Shown piece after piece: positions 45,268 through 55,520 of a stretch of DNA of 64,000 nt. The first letter of the stretch is position 1. The number at the start of each line of letters is the position of its first letter. Source of the stretch: an uncultured Bacilli bacterium. GTDB lineage: Bacteria; Bacillota_I; Bacilli_A; RF39; UBA660. The notes below the pieces were generated by a model that worked only from the letters and a program-made list of their open reading frames with translations, was not told the origin of the DNA and searched no databases. The translations under genes were made by a program, and so were the position numbers. The DNA lies in NCBI GenBank assembly GCA_947598485.1, contig CANQFJ010000005.1, positions 3,387 to 67,386 on the forward strand, given 5' to 3'.

Positions 45268-46116
45268 ATGGAAAGGCCCAAGTTTAAAAGAAAACGTTTT
45301 CAATTACTAAAAAAATTCATCATTTTAATTATTTTTTTCACAATTATTTATTTCGTTGGCAGTAAAATAAAGCTTTCAAATGGCTATATTAAGTTTTTAA
45401 CTGATACCTATATAGACACTAGCACTAAAGATAATCCTCTTACGGTGGAAGAAGCATATCCTGTCATAAAAAATGATAAAGATAAGCCTAAAAAATATCA
45501 AGTATACATCTATAATACGCATCCTAAAGAAAATTATTCTTATCAAAAACTTAATAGTTATAATCTTGATTATAGTGTTGTTTATGCGGCAAATATTTTA
45601 AGCTTTTATTTAGAAGATGAGGGAATAAATGCTTTAGTTGAAAATAGTGATCTTACTAGTTATATGAATGAAAATAATATGAACTATTATCAAAGTTATC
45701 TAGCAAGCAGGCATTTTTTAGAACAAAGGGTATCAACATATCCTGAGCTAGAATTATTTATTGACTTACATCGTGATGCGGCCCCATATGAGGCTACAAC
45801 TGTTAATATTGATGGTAAAAGATATGCTCGGGTTTTATTTGTGTTAGGCCTTGAAAATCCCAATTATATAGAAAATAATAAGTTAATGAGTTTTATAAAT
45901 GATAAATTAAAAGATTTTGATTCTTCAATTTCAAGAGGAATTATGGAAAAACAAGGCGATGGTGTAAATGGTGTATATAATCAAGACTTTAATGATAAAG
46001 TAATATTAATTGAAGTAGGAGGACATTATAATTATATTGATGAAGTTGATAATACTTTAAAAGTTCTAGCTAAAATTATTAAAGAATATATAAAATTAGG
46101 TGAACATGAAGTATGA
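45268..46116 (+). CDS. spoIIP: stage II sporulation protein P (SpoIIP-family amidase)
   Basis: N-terminal TM, YIYNTHPKENY and IDLHRDA motifs. Conserved rpsT-spoIIP-yqxA-lepA neighbourhood. Confidence 0.7.
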   Translation: MERPKFKRKRFQLLKKFIILIIFFTIIYFVGSKIKLSNGYIKFLTDTYIDTSTKDNPLTVEEAYPVIKNDKDKPKKYQVYIYNTHPKENYSYQKLNSYNLDYSVVYAANILSFYLEDEGINALVENSDLTSYMNENNMNYYQSYLASRHFLEQRVSTYPELELFIDLHRDAAPYEATTVNIDGKRYARVLFVLGLENPNYIENNKLMSFINDKLKDFDSSISRGIMEKQGDGVNGVYNQDFNDKVILIEVGGHYNYIDEVDNTLKVLAKIIKEYIKLGEHEV

Positions 46117-46439
46117 AAAAGAATAAACTCCATCCTGTTTTAAAAATTTTAATTGTCCTTTTTATCTTTTATGTTATTTTATATACTTTAGCGCAAACAG
46201 GATACTATGATAAAAGAATTAGAGATAAAGCTACCTTCACTCAAGAGCAAATTAATGCTTTTGAAAGTGATGTCGCATCCGGCAACGAAGTGGATGTTGG
46301 TCAGTACTTGCCTAAGGCACAGGACTATTCTAATGTTTTAACCAAAGGAGCTAACGCTATAACTCATAAACTTTCTTTACTTCTTACTAATAATTCCAAA
46401 AATATAATTGATTTTTTAAAAGCTTTGTTTATAGGTTAA
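46113..46439 (+). CDS. YqxA-like small membrane protein
   Basis: 108 aa with an N-terminal TM. Position between spoIIP and lepA, as in Bacillus. Confidence 0.5.
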   Translation: MKKNKLHPVLKILIVLFIFYVILYTLAQTGYYDKRIRDKATFTQEQINAFESDVASGNEVDVGQYLPKAQDYSNVLTKGANAITHKLSLLLTNNSKNIIDFLKALFIG

Positions 46440-46476
46440 CACTTTATTTATGACTTTATTTTAGATATAATATTAA

Positions 46477-48285
46477 GTGGTGATGGAGATGGAAAATTCC
46501 CATATTCGTAATTTTTCAATAATAGCCCATATTGATCACGGAAAAAGTACTTTAGCAGATCGAATTTTGGAAATTTGCCATTTAGTGGACAAAAGACAAA
46601 TGCAAGATCAAATGCTTGACAGTATGGAATTAGAGCGTGAAAGAGGTATTACAATTAAACTTAATACTGTTAAACTTAATTATAACTTTGAAGGGCAAGA
46701 CTATATACTAAACTTAATAGATACTCCCGGACATGTTGATTTTTCTTATGAGGTATCTCGTTCTTTAGCTGCTTGTGAAGGAGCTATTTTAGTCGTTGAC
46801 GCATCACAAGGAATTGAAGCGCAAACCCTTGCCAATTTGTATTTGGCCATGGAAGATGACTTAACAATTATTCCTGTTTTAAATAAGATAGATTTACCTA
46901 ATGCTGATGTTCCTAAAGTAAAAAAGGAATTAATGGATGTTTTAGGTTTTAAAGAAGAAGAAATTCTCTTGGTAAGTGGTAAAACGGGCGAAGGGGTTAA
47001 AGAATTACTAGATGAAGTAGTAAGAAAAATAAATCCTCCGAGGATAGATAAAACATCTCCTTTGAAAGCGCTAATCTTTGATAGTTATTTTGACCCTTAT
47101 AAAGGGGTAGTTCTTTTAGTTAAAATTGTAAGTGGTAAAGTAAAAGTAAAAGATCAAATTAAGATGATGGCTACTTCTTCTGTCTTTGAAGTTACTGAAG
47201 TCGGTGTTCATACGATGACTTATCAAAGCCTTGATACCCTAGAAAGTGGTATGGTTGGCTATATTTGTGCTTCCATTAAAGATATATCTAAAGTGGAAGT
47301 TGGAGATACTATAACTTTAGAGAATAACCCCGCATCTGAACCTTTAAAAGGTTATAAAAAGATGAAACCGATGGTATTTTCAGGAATATTTCCTACGGAG
47401 TCTAGCCGTTATGATGAGTTAAAAGAAGCTTTAGAAAAATTAAAATTAAATGATGCTTCTCTTACAATTGAACCTGAAACGTCAGTTGCTTTAGGCTTTG
47501 GCTTTAGAACAGGTTTTTTGGGCCTTTTACATATGGATATTATACTAACAAGACTGGAAAGAGAATTTAATTTAGATACGATAGCAACTTCACCATCAGT
47601 AATATATCGGGTAACTTTGACGGGCGGTGATGTAATCGAGATTGATTCTCCAAATAAAATGCCTGATAAAACTAAAATTGTTAAAATTGAGGAACCTTAT
47701 ATATACACAAGTATTATTGCTCCAGCCGAGTTTATTGGTCCGATTATGACTTTATGTCAAAATAAAAGAGGGATATATAAGACTACTGACTACATTAATG
47801 AAAATAGAGTTAATATACATTATGAAATTCCTTTAGGAGAAATTGTTTATGACTTTTATGATAAATTAAAAAGCTCTACCAAAGGATATGCTTCTTTTGA
47901 TTATGAAGTAAGTGGCTATAAAGAAAGTAAACTTGTAAAGATGGATATTTTATTAAATGGTGAAGTTGTTGATGCTTTATCAGTTATTGTTCATGAAACG
48001 GAAAGCTATAATAAAGGTAGAGCTATTGTCCAAAAACTTCGTAAATTAATTCCTAGACAAAACTTTGAAGTTCCTATACAAGCTAGCATAGGTTCTAAAG
48101 TTATAGCTAGAGAAAATATCTCTGCGATGCGGAAAAATGTTCTTGCCAAGTGTTATGGTGGAGACGTATCAAGAAAAAGAAAATTATTAGAAAAGCAAAA
48201 AGAAGGTAAGAAGAGAATGAAAATGATTGGTTCAGTTGAAGTTCCTCAGGAAGCTTTTTTAGCAGTTTTAAGTGAGGATGAATAA
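46477..48285 (+). CDS. lepA: translation elongation factor 4 (LepA)
   Basis: [28 protein letters not shown] and NKIDL GTPase motifs, plus the LepA C-terminal domain. The exact start is ambiguous (GTG 46477, ATG 46483 or ATG 46489). Confidence 0.95.
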   Translation: MVMEMENSHIRNFSIIAHIDHGKSTLADRILEICHLVDKRQMQDQMLDSMELERERGITIKLNTVKLNYNFEGQDYILNLIDTPGHVDFSYEVSRSLAACEGAILVVDASQGIEAQTLANLYLAMEDDLTIIPVLNKIDLPNADVPKVKKELMDVLGFKEEEILLVSGKTGEGVKELLDEVVRKINPPRIDKTSPLKALIFDSYFDPYKGVVLLVKIVSGKVKVKDQIKMMATSSVFEVTEVGVHTMTYQSLDTLESGMVGYICASIKDISKVEVGDTITLENNPASEPLKGYKKMKPMVFSGIFPTESSRYDELKEALEKLKLNDASLTIEPETSVALGFGFRTGFLGLLHMDIILTRLEREFNLDTIATSPSVIYRVTLTGGDVIEIDSPNKMPDKTKIVKIEEPYIYTSIIAPAEFIGPIMTLCQNKRGIYKTTDYINENRVNIHYEIPLGEIVYDFYDKLKSSTKGYASFDYEVSGYKESKLVKMDILLNGEVVDALSVIVHETESYNKGRAIVQKLRKLIPRQNFEVPIQASIGSKVIARENISAMRKNVLAKCYGGDVSRKRKLLEKQKEGKKRMKMIGSVEVPQEAFLAVLSEDE

Positions 48286-48710
48286 TGAATGAAACTTTTT
48301 TAAACGATTTAATAGAATACATTGTAAATGAACCTTGTCATAATATTAGCGAAGCTGCTAAGCATTTTGGCTGTTCAAGAGCTACTATCAAGAAGTACTT
48401 AGATATGTTATCGGATAATAAAAGCTTATATTTTAATGAATTTAAAGCAATGCGTGTAAAACTTACTTTAAAAAAAGAATTACTGGATTCTCGATCAAAA
48501 GCTGGTAGCATAAGCCGTAAAAAGCCTTGCCTAACGCAAAAAGAAGCTTTAGAGGCTCGTTTTAAAAGTGTATATCAAAAAATACCCCTTCGTAAAATCG
48601 CTAAAGAATATAATTGCTCTCATATGAGTATTGCAAATGCAATTAAAAACTTGCCAGAAAAGCTTATCGAAGCTCAAGATGAGGAAGTTAAAAACATGAT
48701 TCTTCAATAA
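48285..48710 (+). CDS. HTH DNA-binding protein
   Basis: 141 aa with two HTH-like segments (ISEAAKHFGCSRATIKKYL and IAKEYNCSHMSIANAIK). TAATG overlap with lepA. Confidence 0.5.
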   Translation: MNETFLNDLIEYIVNEPCHNISEAAKHFGCSRATIKKYLDMLSDNKSLYFNEFKAMRVKLTLKKELLDSRSKAGSISRKKPCLTQKEALEARFKSVYQKIPLRKIAKEYNCSHMSIANAIKNLPEKLIEAQDEEVKNMILQ

Positions 48711-48723
48711 GAGGGACTAGAAA

Positions 48724-49815
48724 ATGGATGAAATAAAAGCTGTTTATATTCATATTCCTTTTTGTAAACAAATTTGTTCATATTGTGACTTTTGTAAGTT
48801 TTATTATGATCAAAAATGGGTACGAGAATATTTAATGGCTTTAGAAAAAGAGATTAAAGACCGTTATATGGATGAAAAAATATCTAAAATCTATATCGGC
48901 GGTGGAACACCAAGTGCTTTAAATAATGAAGAACTTGATTATCTATTTGCAATTATTAAACTACTTAATTTAGATGATAATATTGAATTTACTTTTGAGT
49001 GTAATCTTTCTGACATTACCGAAGATTTAATAGATAAATTAATAGCTAATAGGGTAAATAGAATCAGTATTGGCATCGAATCTTTTGACCCAGAAAAGTT
49101 AGAATTTTTAGAAAGAAACGCGGATTTTGAAGATGCTCAAAGGAAAATCGAAATGTGTAAAGCTAAGGGCCTTACTAATATTAATGTTGATTTAATGTAC
49201 GCTTTGCAAAACGAAACTTTAAAGATGCTAAAAAAAGATTTAAAACTTTTCTTAAAGCTTGATGTACCTCATATTAGTACTTATAGTTTAATGATAGAGC
49301 CAAATACAAAATTATATAATAAAAAAATCGAGGCTATTGATGAAGATTTAGATGCCAAAATGTATGAAACTATTTGTAAAACCTTAGAAAATGAAGGTTA
49401 TGAACATTATGAAGTTAGTAATTTTGCTAAACCTGGTTTGGCAAGTAAACATAATCTAACTTATTGGGATAATGAGGAATATTATGGTTTTGGTTTAGGA
49501 GCAAGTGGTTATGCTTTTAGGGTAAGATATACTAATACGCGTAGTCTTACTAAATATATTACAGGTAATTATGTTATGGAAAAAGAAATGTTAGGCGAAA
49601 AAGAAATGATGGATTACGAAATAATTTTAGGCTTAAGAAAAACTAAAGGCATTAATTTAAAACATTTTTATGAAAAATTTAATGTTAATTTGCAAAATCA
49701 ATATCCTGTAGATGATTTAGTTAAATCAGGAGATTTAATTTACAAAGATGGTAATATTTTTATAAATCCGGACAAACTATATATTATGAATGAAATATTG
49801 ATTAAATTAGTTTGA
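48724..49815 (+). CDS. hemW: radical SAM heme chaperone HemW (HemN-like, oxygen-independent coproporphyrinogen oxidase family)
   Basis: CxxxCxxC (CKQICSYCDFC), GGGTPS motif, and position after lepA. Confidence 0.85.
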   Translation: MDEIKAVYIHIPFCKQICSYCDFCKFYYDQKWVREYLMALEKEIKDRYMDEKISKIYIGGGTPSALNNEELDYLFAIIKLLNLDDNIEFTFECNLSDITEDLIDKLIANRVNRISIGIESFDPEKLEFLERNADFEDAQRKIEMCKAKGLTNINVDLMYALQNETLKMLKKDLKLFLKLDVPHISTYSLMIEPNTKLYNKKIEAIDEDLDAKMYETICKTLENEGYEHYEVSNFAKPGLASKHNLTYWDNEEYYGFGLGASGYAFRVRYTNTRSLTKYITGNYVMEKEMLGEKEMMDYEIILGLRKTKGINLKHFYEKFNVNLQNQYPVDDLVKSGDLIYKDGNIFINPDKLYIMNEILIKLV

Positions 49816-49826
49816 AGGATGATAGT

Positions 49827-50210
49827 ATGCTTACAGAATTTAATGTCAATAATGGAATTATGACTTCAGAATTTAGTCCTGAAATTTTTTATTATGAAAT
49901 AATGCTTGATGAGGGTGAAGATCATCTAGCTTTTGATTATAAGTCAACAGGTAAGGTTACCATATATGGAAATGAAAATCTTACTTATGGAGATAATCAT
50001 ATTCTAATAGAAGTTTACGATACAAGCGTGGTAACTTATACTTTTATTGTTCATAAAGAGAAAACCGATGAGGCTTTAGCTACGTTTTTAGAGTATGAAG
50101 ATGCGAGCATTAAAAGTAAGATCCTTGATGATATAAAAGCTCCAGGTATAGCGGTTATAACTTTTTTAATTATTATTACATTATTCTGCATTATTTTTAA
50201 AAGAAAATAA
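49827..50210 (+). CDS. C-terminally membrane-anchored beta-rich protein
   Basis: ORF with a C-terminal TM (GIAVITFLIIITLFCIIF). ATG at 49827 is preferred over the TTG at 49812. Confidence 0.4.
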   Translation: MLTEFNVNNGIMTSEFSPEIFYYEIMLDEGEDHLAFDYKSTGKVTIYGNENLTYGDNHILIEVYDTSVVTYTFIVHKEKTDEALATFLEYEDASIKSKILDDIKAPGIAVITFLIIITLFCIIFKRK

Positions 50211-50233
50211 TATCATTTACTAAGGTGATTATA

Positions 50234-50830
50234 ATGCTATACAAACTAATTGCCCACCGGGGTATTACTTCTTTAGCAAAAGAAAATAGTTTAGAGGCAT
50301 TAACAAAAGCTACTCAAAGTGACTATGCAGGCTTTGAATGCGATGTAAGAATAAGTAAGGATAAAAAGCTTGCTATGCATCACAATCCCTTATATAAGGG
50401 GAAACTAGTTATAAATACTAATTATAAAGATATGAAAAAAGATGGTATTATTCTTCTTGATGATGTATTAAATATTAAAACTGATAAAATAATTGTTGTC
50501 GATGTTAAATATCCTTTCATTGATATAGACACTCTTCATGAAAAACTAGAAAAACATTCTGACAAAAAAATCTATGTTATATCTTTTTATGATAATGTTA
50601 TTAGAAAATTATTTGCTAAAAAACGAACTTACAAGGTAGGTATATTAAATTATGTACTTAATACTACTGATGAGGAATTTAGTTATGATTTTGTGTGTTT
50701 ACTAATGAATTTAACTAGTGATAGTCTTATTGAAAGATTTAAATTACTTAGTAAAGAAGTTTTTATTTATGGCGTAGATGATCAAAATAAAATTACTAAT
50801 TTCTATCCTTATTATATTCTTAACTTATAG
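50234..50830 (+). CDS. glycerophosphodiester phosphodiesterase family protein
   Basis: IAHRG...ENSLEAL...ECDVR motif. ATG at 50234 follows AAGGTGA. Confidence 0.65.
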   Translation: MLYKLIAHRGITSLAKENSLEALTKATQSDYAGFECDVRISKDKKLAMHHNPLYKGKLVINTNYKDMKKDGIILLDDVLNIKTDKIIVVDVKYPFIDIDTLHEKLEKHSDKKIYVISFYDNVIRKLFAKKRTYKVGILNYVLNTTDEEFSYDFVCLLMNLTSDSLIERFKLLSKEVFIYGVDDQNKITNFYPYYILNL

Positions 50831-50899
50831 TGTAAATAGTATGGTATTAATTTGTAAAATAAGATGGTTGATATTATAATTAAGATAAGGTGATAAACC

Positions 50900-51985
50900 A
50901 TGAATATCGTTGTTAGTGCTGGAGGGACTGGGGGCCATATTTATCCTGCGGTTGCCATTGTTAATAAAATAAAAGAAAAAGATAAAGATACTAATGTTTT
51001 ATATATTGGAACCCATAATAGAATGGAAAAAGACATTATCCCTAAACTAGGGATTAATTATGAACCTTTAGAAATCTATGGTTTTAGTACAAGACTTATA
51101 GGAAGAGACATAAAAAATCTTTTTTTAATAAATAAAGCCAAAAAAAGATGTTTAAAATTATTTGCGGAGTTTAAGCCTGATGTCGTAATCGGTACCGGGG
51201 GATATGTTACTATGCCCGTGATTGCTGCAGCTCATAAAATGGGAATCCCTGTTGTAATTCATGAACAAAATAGTATTCCTGGTAAAACTAATAGATATCT
51301 TGCAAGTAAAGCTAATTTAGTATTTGTATCTTATGAAAATAGTATTCCATATTTTCATAAAGCTAAGAAAGTAATTTTTAGTGGTAATCCATGTGGTGAA
51401 AACGCTTTAAAAAGTATTCCTGCTAGTAAAAAAGATTTAGGCCTTTCTGATGATAAAAAATTAGTGTTAATAGTCTCAGGATCTTTAGGTAGTAACACGA
51501 TTAATGCCTTTTTTACGAGGGTTTTATCCTGGGTAAAAGATGATGCCAACTATGAAGTTTTATATATAACTGGAAAAGCTTACTACGAAAATTTTATAAA
51601 AAATAAAACTTTTAGTAAAAATGTTAAAATACTTCCTTATGTTGATAATATGACAAGTTTATTAAAAAGTGTTGATTTGGTAATCTCAAGAGCAGGAGCA
51701 GGAACTTTATCCGAGATTTTAGCTCTTCAAATTCCGAGCATTATTATTCCTTCACCATATGTGGCTAATAATCATCAATATTATAATGCTTTGGATTTAA
51801 AAAATAAAAATGTTGGTATTATGATTGAAGAAAAAGATTTGAATGATAAAAAAGTTTTTGAACTTGTTAATGATTTATTAAAAGATAATAATGCCGAATA
51901 TAAAAAAATGAAAGAAAAGCTTCAAAAAATGGGCATGAAGAACTCTTCGGAAATAATATATGAAGAAATAAAGAAGGTGCTATAA
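50900..51985 (+). CDS. murG: UDP-N-acetylglucosamine--N-acetylmuramyl-(pentapeptide) pyrophosphoryl-undecaprenol GlcNAc transferase
   Basis: GGTGGHIYPAVA N-terminal motif and C-terminal SRAGAGTLSE motif. Confidence 0.9.
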   Translation: MNIVVSAGGTGGHIYPAVAIVNKIKEKDKDTNVLYIGTHNRMEKDIIPKLGINYEPLEIYGFSTRLIGRDIKNLFLINKAKKRCLKLFAEFKPDVVIGTGGYVTMPVIAAAHKMGIPVVIHEQNSIPGKTNRYLASKANLVFVSYENSIPYFHKAKKVIFSGNPCGENALKSIPASKKDLGLSDDKKLVLIVSGSLGSNTINAFFTRVLSWVKDDANYEVLYITGKAYYENFIKNKTFSKNVKILPYVDNMTSLLKSVDLVISRAGAGTLSEILALQIPSIIIPSPYVANNHQYYNALDLKNKNVGIMIEEKDLNDKKVFELVNDLLKDNNAEYKKMKEKLQKMGMKNSSEIIYEEIKKVL

Positions 51986-52857
51986 TGGATAAATATGGAA
52001 TAGTTTTAGAAAATGTTAATTTAAAAGAACTTTCAACTATTGGTATTGGCGGTGTAGCTAAATATTTAGTAAGACCATATTCTTATGTTGACCTTACTAA
52101 GCTACTCGATTATTTAGAAGAAAATAATATTAAGTATTATATTCTTGGTAATGCTTCCAATGTTATTATTGATGATGAGTATTTTGATGGAGTCATCATA
52201 AAACTTGATGAATTTAATAACATAGAAATAAATGGCAAAGAAGTTACCGCGGGAGCAGGAGTTATGCTTCCTAAACTTGTAAATGTTTGTCTGCAAAAAG
52301 AACTAGTATCTTTAGCTCCTTTTTCTATGATTCCTGGCACTGTTGGTGGAAGTGTTGTAGGTAATGCCGGAGCATATGGTCATGAAATAATGGAATATGT
52401 TAAGGAAGTTAAGGTAATTGATAAAGAGCATAAGATAAAAACGATTGTTAAAGATGACATTTCTTTTGGTTATCGATATACTTCTTTAAAAAATAATTAT
52501 ATTGTTTTAAGTGCAACATTTATATGTGAAAAAGGTAATCCTATTGAAGTACTTAGTGATATTCAAGCCAGAAATGAAAAAAGAAGAGATACCCAACCTC
52601 TTGATAAGCCGAGTGTAGGAAGTATATTTAGAAATCCCGAAGATATTCCCGCGGGGCATTTGATTGAAGAATTAGGCCTTAAAGGTATGAAAGTCGGAGG
52701 AGCTATGGTTAGTGAAAAACACGCTAATTTTATTATTAATAATGGTAATGCTACTTTCGATGATGTTATTAAATTAATAGATAAAATAAAAAAAGAGGCT
52801 AAAGAGAAAAAAAATATTGATTTAGTACTAGAACCAACAATTATAAAATGGGATTAA
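51985..52857 (+). CDS. murB: UDP-N-acetylenolpyruvoylglucosamine reductase
   Basis: FAD-binding IGGVAKY...LGNASNV and SVGSIFRNP motifs. Confidence 0.9.
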   Translation: MDKYGIVLENVNLKELSTIGIGGVAKYLVRPYSYVDLTKLLDYLEENNIKYYILGNASNVIIDDEYFDGVIIKLDEFNNIEINGKEVTAGAGVMLPKLVNVCLQKELVSLAPFSMIPGTVGGSVVGNAGAYGHEIMEYVKEVKVIDKEHKIKTIVKDDISFGYRYTSLKNNYIVLSATFICEKGNPIEVLSDIQARNEKRRDTQPLDKPSVGSIFRNPEDIPAGHLIEELGLKGMKVGGAMVSEKHANFIINNGNATFDDVIKLIDKIKKEAKEKKNIDLVLEPTIIKWD

Positions 52858-52861
52858 TATC

Positions 52862-53614
52862 ATGAATAAAGAGGTTAAAAAGAAAAGAAGAAAAATACGA
52901 ATAAGTGGTGTTATTTTAATACTTCTTATTCTTTATTTAGTAGCTATGTGTGGTTACTATCTTTTTACTATGAAAATAAAAAGTATTAATGTTAAGGGCC
53001 TTAATTATCTGTCCGAAAATGAGGTGCTTTCTTCTGCAAATATCGATTTAGATACTTCTATTTTTAAAATTTTAACCTCTTCAATAAAAAAGAAAATAGA
53101 AAAAATACCTTTAGTAAAAAGCGCTAAATTTCATATTAATTTAAATGGTGAGCTTATAATTGAGATAAAAGAAAATAAGATATTATTTTTAAATTCTTTA
53201 GACAATAAAATAGTTCTTGAAAAAGGTAAAACTATTGAAAATAAAGATTATAAAGGTGTTCCTGTTTTAGTTAATTATGTTAAATCAGAATCTTATACTA
53301 ATTTAATTGAAGCTTTAGGTAAAATTGATAGTGATATTCTTTTTATGATTAGTGAAATTGAATATAAACCAGATGAATATAATGGGGTTATTTTAGATGA
53401 AGAAAGATTCCTTTTACGAATGAATGATGGTAATTTAGTATTTGTAAATAATGTTAATATGGAAAAACTTAATAGGTATCAATCAATATATGCATCTGTC
53501 GGTAGTGGAGGAGTGTTATATTTAGATAGCAATAGCGATAATTATATTTTCACGATTTATACAGAAGACGGAAATGTTGAAGAGCAGTCAGGGGAGATAA
53601 AAAATGAAGAATAA
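52862..53614 (+). CDS. divIB: cell division protein DivIB/FtsQ
   Basis: Basic N-terminus, single TM, POTRA-like domain. Position after murG-murB. Confidence 0.7.
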   Translation: MNKEVKKKRRKIRISGVILILLILYLVAMCGYYLFTMKIKSINVKGLNYLSENEVLSSANIDLDTSIFKILTSSIKKKIEKIPLVKSAKFHINLNGELIIEIKENKILFLNSLDNKIVLEKGKTIENKDYKGVPVLVNYVKSESYTNLIEALGKIDSDILFMISEIEYKPDEYNGVILDEERFLLRMNDGNLVFVNNVNMEKLNRYQSIYASVGSGGVLYLDSNSDNYIFTIYTEDGNVEEQSGEIKNEE

Positions 53615-54215
53615 TTACAATGAAGAAATGAAAAAGATAATATCATCTTTAGAGGGAGTACCAAAATTACTACTGCATTCTTGCTGTGGGCCATGTTCTA
53701 CAGAGTGTATAGCAAGGCTTACACCTTATTTTGATATTACAATTTTTTATTATAATCCCAATATTGAACCTGAAGAGGAATACTTAAAAAGAAAAAAAGA
53801 ACAAATAAGACTTTTAAATGAAATAAGTCACCAAAATAAACTTGATTTTCTAGACTGTGATTATAGTAATGAAGATTTTAGAAAGGTTGCTATTGGGCTT
53901 GAGCTTGAACCCGAAGGTGGTAGCAGATGTCATCGCTGTTATGAGTTAAGGCTTAAGAAAACAGCGATAGTAGCTAAAGAAAAGGGTTATGATTACTTTG
54001 GAACTACCTTAACGGTAAGTCCATATAAAAATTCTGAAGTGATTAATAGTATTGGAAGTAAGATTGCCGAAGAAGAAAATATAAAGTTTTTATATAGTGA
54101 TTTTAAAAAAGAAGATGGGTATAAAAAGTCAATTGAATACTCTAAGAAATATAAGCTTTATAGACAAAATTATTGCGGTTGCTTATTTAGCAAACAAGCT
54201 GAGATTGAAGAATAA
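53604..54215 (+). CDS. queH: epoxyqueuosine reductase QueH (DUF208)
   Basis: LLLHSCCGPCS, FYYNPNIEPEEEY and YCGC motifs. Confidence 0.8.
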   Translation: MKNNYNEEMKKIISSLEGVPKLLLHSCCGPCSTECIARLTPYFDITIFYYNPNIEPEEEYLKRKKEQIRLLNEISHQNKLDFLDCDYSNEDFRKVAIGLELEPEGGSRCHRCYELRLKKTAIVAKEKGYDYFGTTLTVSPYKNSEVINSIGSKIAEEENIKFLYSDFKKEDGYKKSIEYSKKYKLYRQNYCGCLFSKQAEIEE

Positions 54216-54218
54216 AAT

Positions 54219-54300
54219 TGGAATTTTGTGATAAAATAGCTAAAAATAGCTGGAATTTTGTGATAAAACAGGTTGAAATGGCTGGAATTTTGTGATGAAA
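54219..54300 (+). repeat. three tandem 32-bp-phased repeats of TGGAATTTTGTGAT(A/G)AAA
   Basis: Copies at 54219-54236, 54251-54268 and 54283-54300, separated by 14-nt variable spacers. They lie between the queH stop and the terminator at 54363-54401. Confidence 0.8.
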
Positions 54301-54362
54301 CATATACAAAAGTCTGAAATTAAGCTAAAATATCTTAATATTATTTAACAAATAAAATACTG

Positions 54363-54401
54363 CCCGTATACATAAAATACTTGTATATGGGTATTTTTTT
54401 T
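54363..54401 (+). terminator. strong rho-independent terminator
   Basis: 10-bp stem CCCGTATACA/TGTATATGGG (one G-U pair) followed by T8. Confidence 0.75.
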
Positions 54402-54526
54402 GATACAATACTCGTGGCTCATAAAAGTCAAATAAACATTGATGTGGACTAGGTTTGCGAGTGCACGAAGAGTGTGTAGACTTAGGGTGAAGCGTCAAGG
54501 TGAAATAACGAAGGAGGGATATTTTT

Positions 54527-55513
54527 ATGGCTATAGTTTCTATGAGTTATTTATTAGAAGCTGGAGTTCATTTTGGCCATCAAACAAAAAGATGGAATCC
54601 CAAGATGAAAGAGTATATTTTTAATTCAAGGGATGATATTTATATCATTGATCTTGAAAAGACTCAAGCATTACTTGAGGAAGCATATAATGCAATTAAG
54701 ACCATTGCTGAAAATGGTGGAAAGTTCTTATTTGTTGGAACTAAGAAACAATCTGGAGAAGTATGTATTGAAGAAGCTTTAAGAAGCAATTCATACTATG
54801 TAACAGAAAGATGGTTAGGTGGTACTCTTACTAACTTTAGAACAATAAGAAGAAGAGTTAAAAGACTTGAAGAAATCGAAGAAATGGAAGCAAATGGAAC
54901 ATTTGATGTTCTTCCTAAAAAAGAAGTAATCGGAATTAAGAAAGAATATGAAAAATTAAATCGTTTACTTTGTGGTATTAGAGAAATGGCTAAATTGCCT
55001 CAAGCTCTAATTATTGTTGATCCTAAGAAAGAATATAATGCTATTAAAGAAGCTAGAAAATTAAAGATACCTGTATTTGGCGTTGTAGATACTAATGGTG
55101 ATCCAGATGATGTTGATTATGTAATACCTGGTAATGATGATGCTGTAAGAAGCATTAAAGTATTACTAGGCGTTTTAACTAATGCTATTTGTGAAGCAAA
55201 CGGCTTGGAAATGGTTGATTATGTATCTGAAGATGACAAGAATAAAGGTAAAGAATCAATGGCTGATTTAATGAAAAATGAGCATGTTGATAAAAAGGCT
55301 TTAAAAGCTGAAAAAGAAAATGATGTATATACAATTGAAGATGAAGCTGTTGAAGAGAAAAAGGAAGTTAAGCCTAAAAAAGAAGTAAAAGAAAATAAAA
55401 AAGTTGATTATGAGGCTATGACTTTATCTGAACTTAAAGCTTTAGCTAAAGAAAAAGGCGTTAAAGGTTATTCTTCAATGAAAAAAGAAGAATTAATTGC
55501 GGCTGTAAAGTAG
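54527..55513 (+). CDS. rpsB: 30S ribosomal protein S2 with ~80-aa C-terminal extension
   Basis: [19 protein letters not shown] and conserved S2 core to about aa 235. This is followed by a K/E-rich linker and [30 protein letters not shown] (Rho-N/SAP-like motif). Confidence 0.95.
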   Translation: MAIVSMSYLLEAGVHFGHQTKRWNPKMKEYIFNSRDDIYIIDLEKTQALLEEAYNAIKTIAENGGKFLFVGTKKQSGEVCIEEALRSNSYYVTERWLGGTLTNFRTIRRRVKRLEEIEEMEANGTFDVLPKKEVIGIKKEYEKLNRLLCGIREMAKLPQALIIVDPKKEYNAIKEARKLKIPVFGVVDTNGDPDDVDYVIPGNDDAVRSIKVLLGVLTNAICEANGLEMVDYVSEDDKNKGKESMADLMKNEHVDKKALKAEKENDVYTIEDEAVEEKKEVKPKKEVKENKKVDYEAMTLSELKALAKEKGVKGYSSMKKEELIAAVK

Positions 55514-55520
55514 GTGTGAT

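Noticed and set aside
54219-54300. Possible mini-CRISPR array (regularly spaced repeats).
   Set aside because: There are only three 18-nt repeats, with 14-nt spacers. That is far too short for CRISPR repeats or spacers. The window has no cas genes and no leader-like context. Kept instead as a repeat/sRNA candidate.
54439-54624. 61-aa ORF overlapping the rpsB leader and start.
   Set aside because: It has no SD, overlaps the strongly supported rpsB start in another frame, and has an R/W/C-rich translation typical of a structured GC-rich leader.
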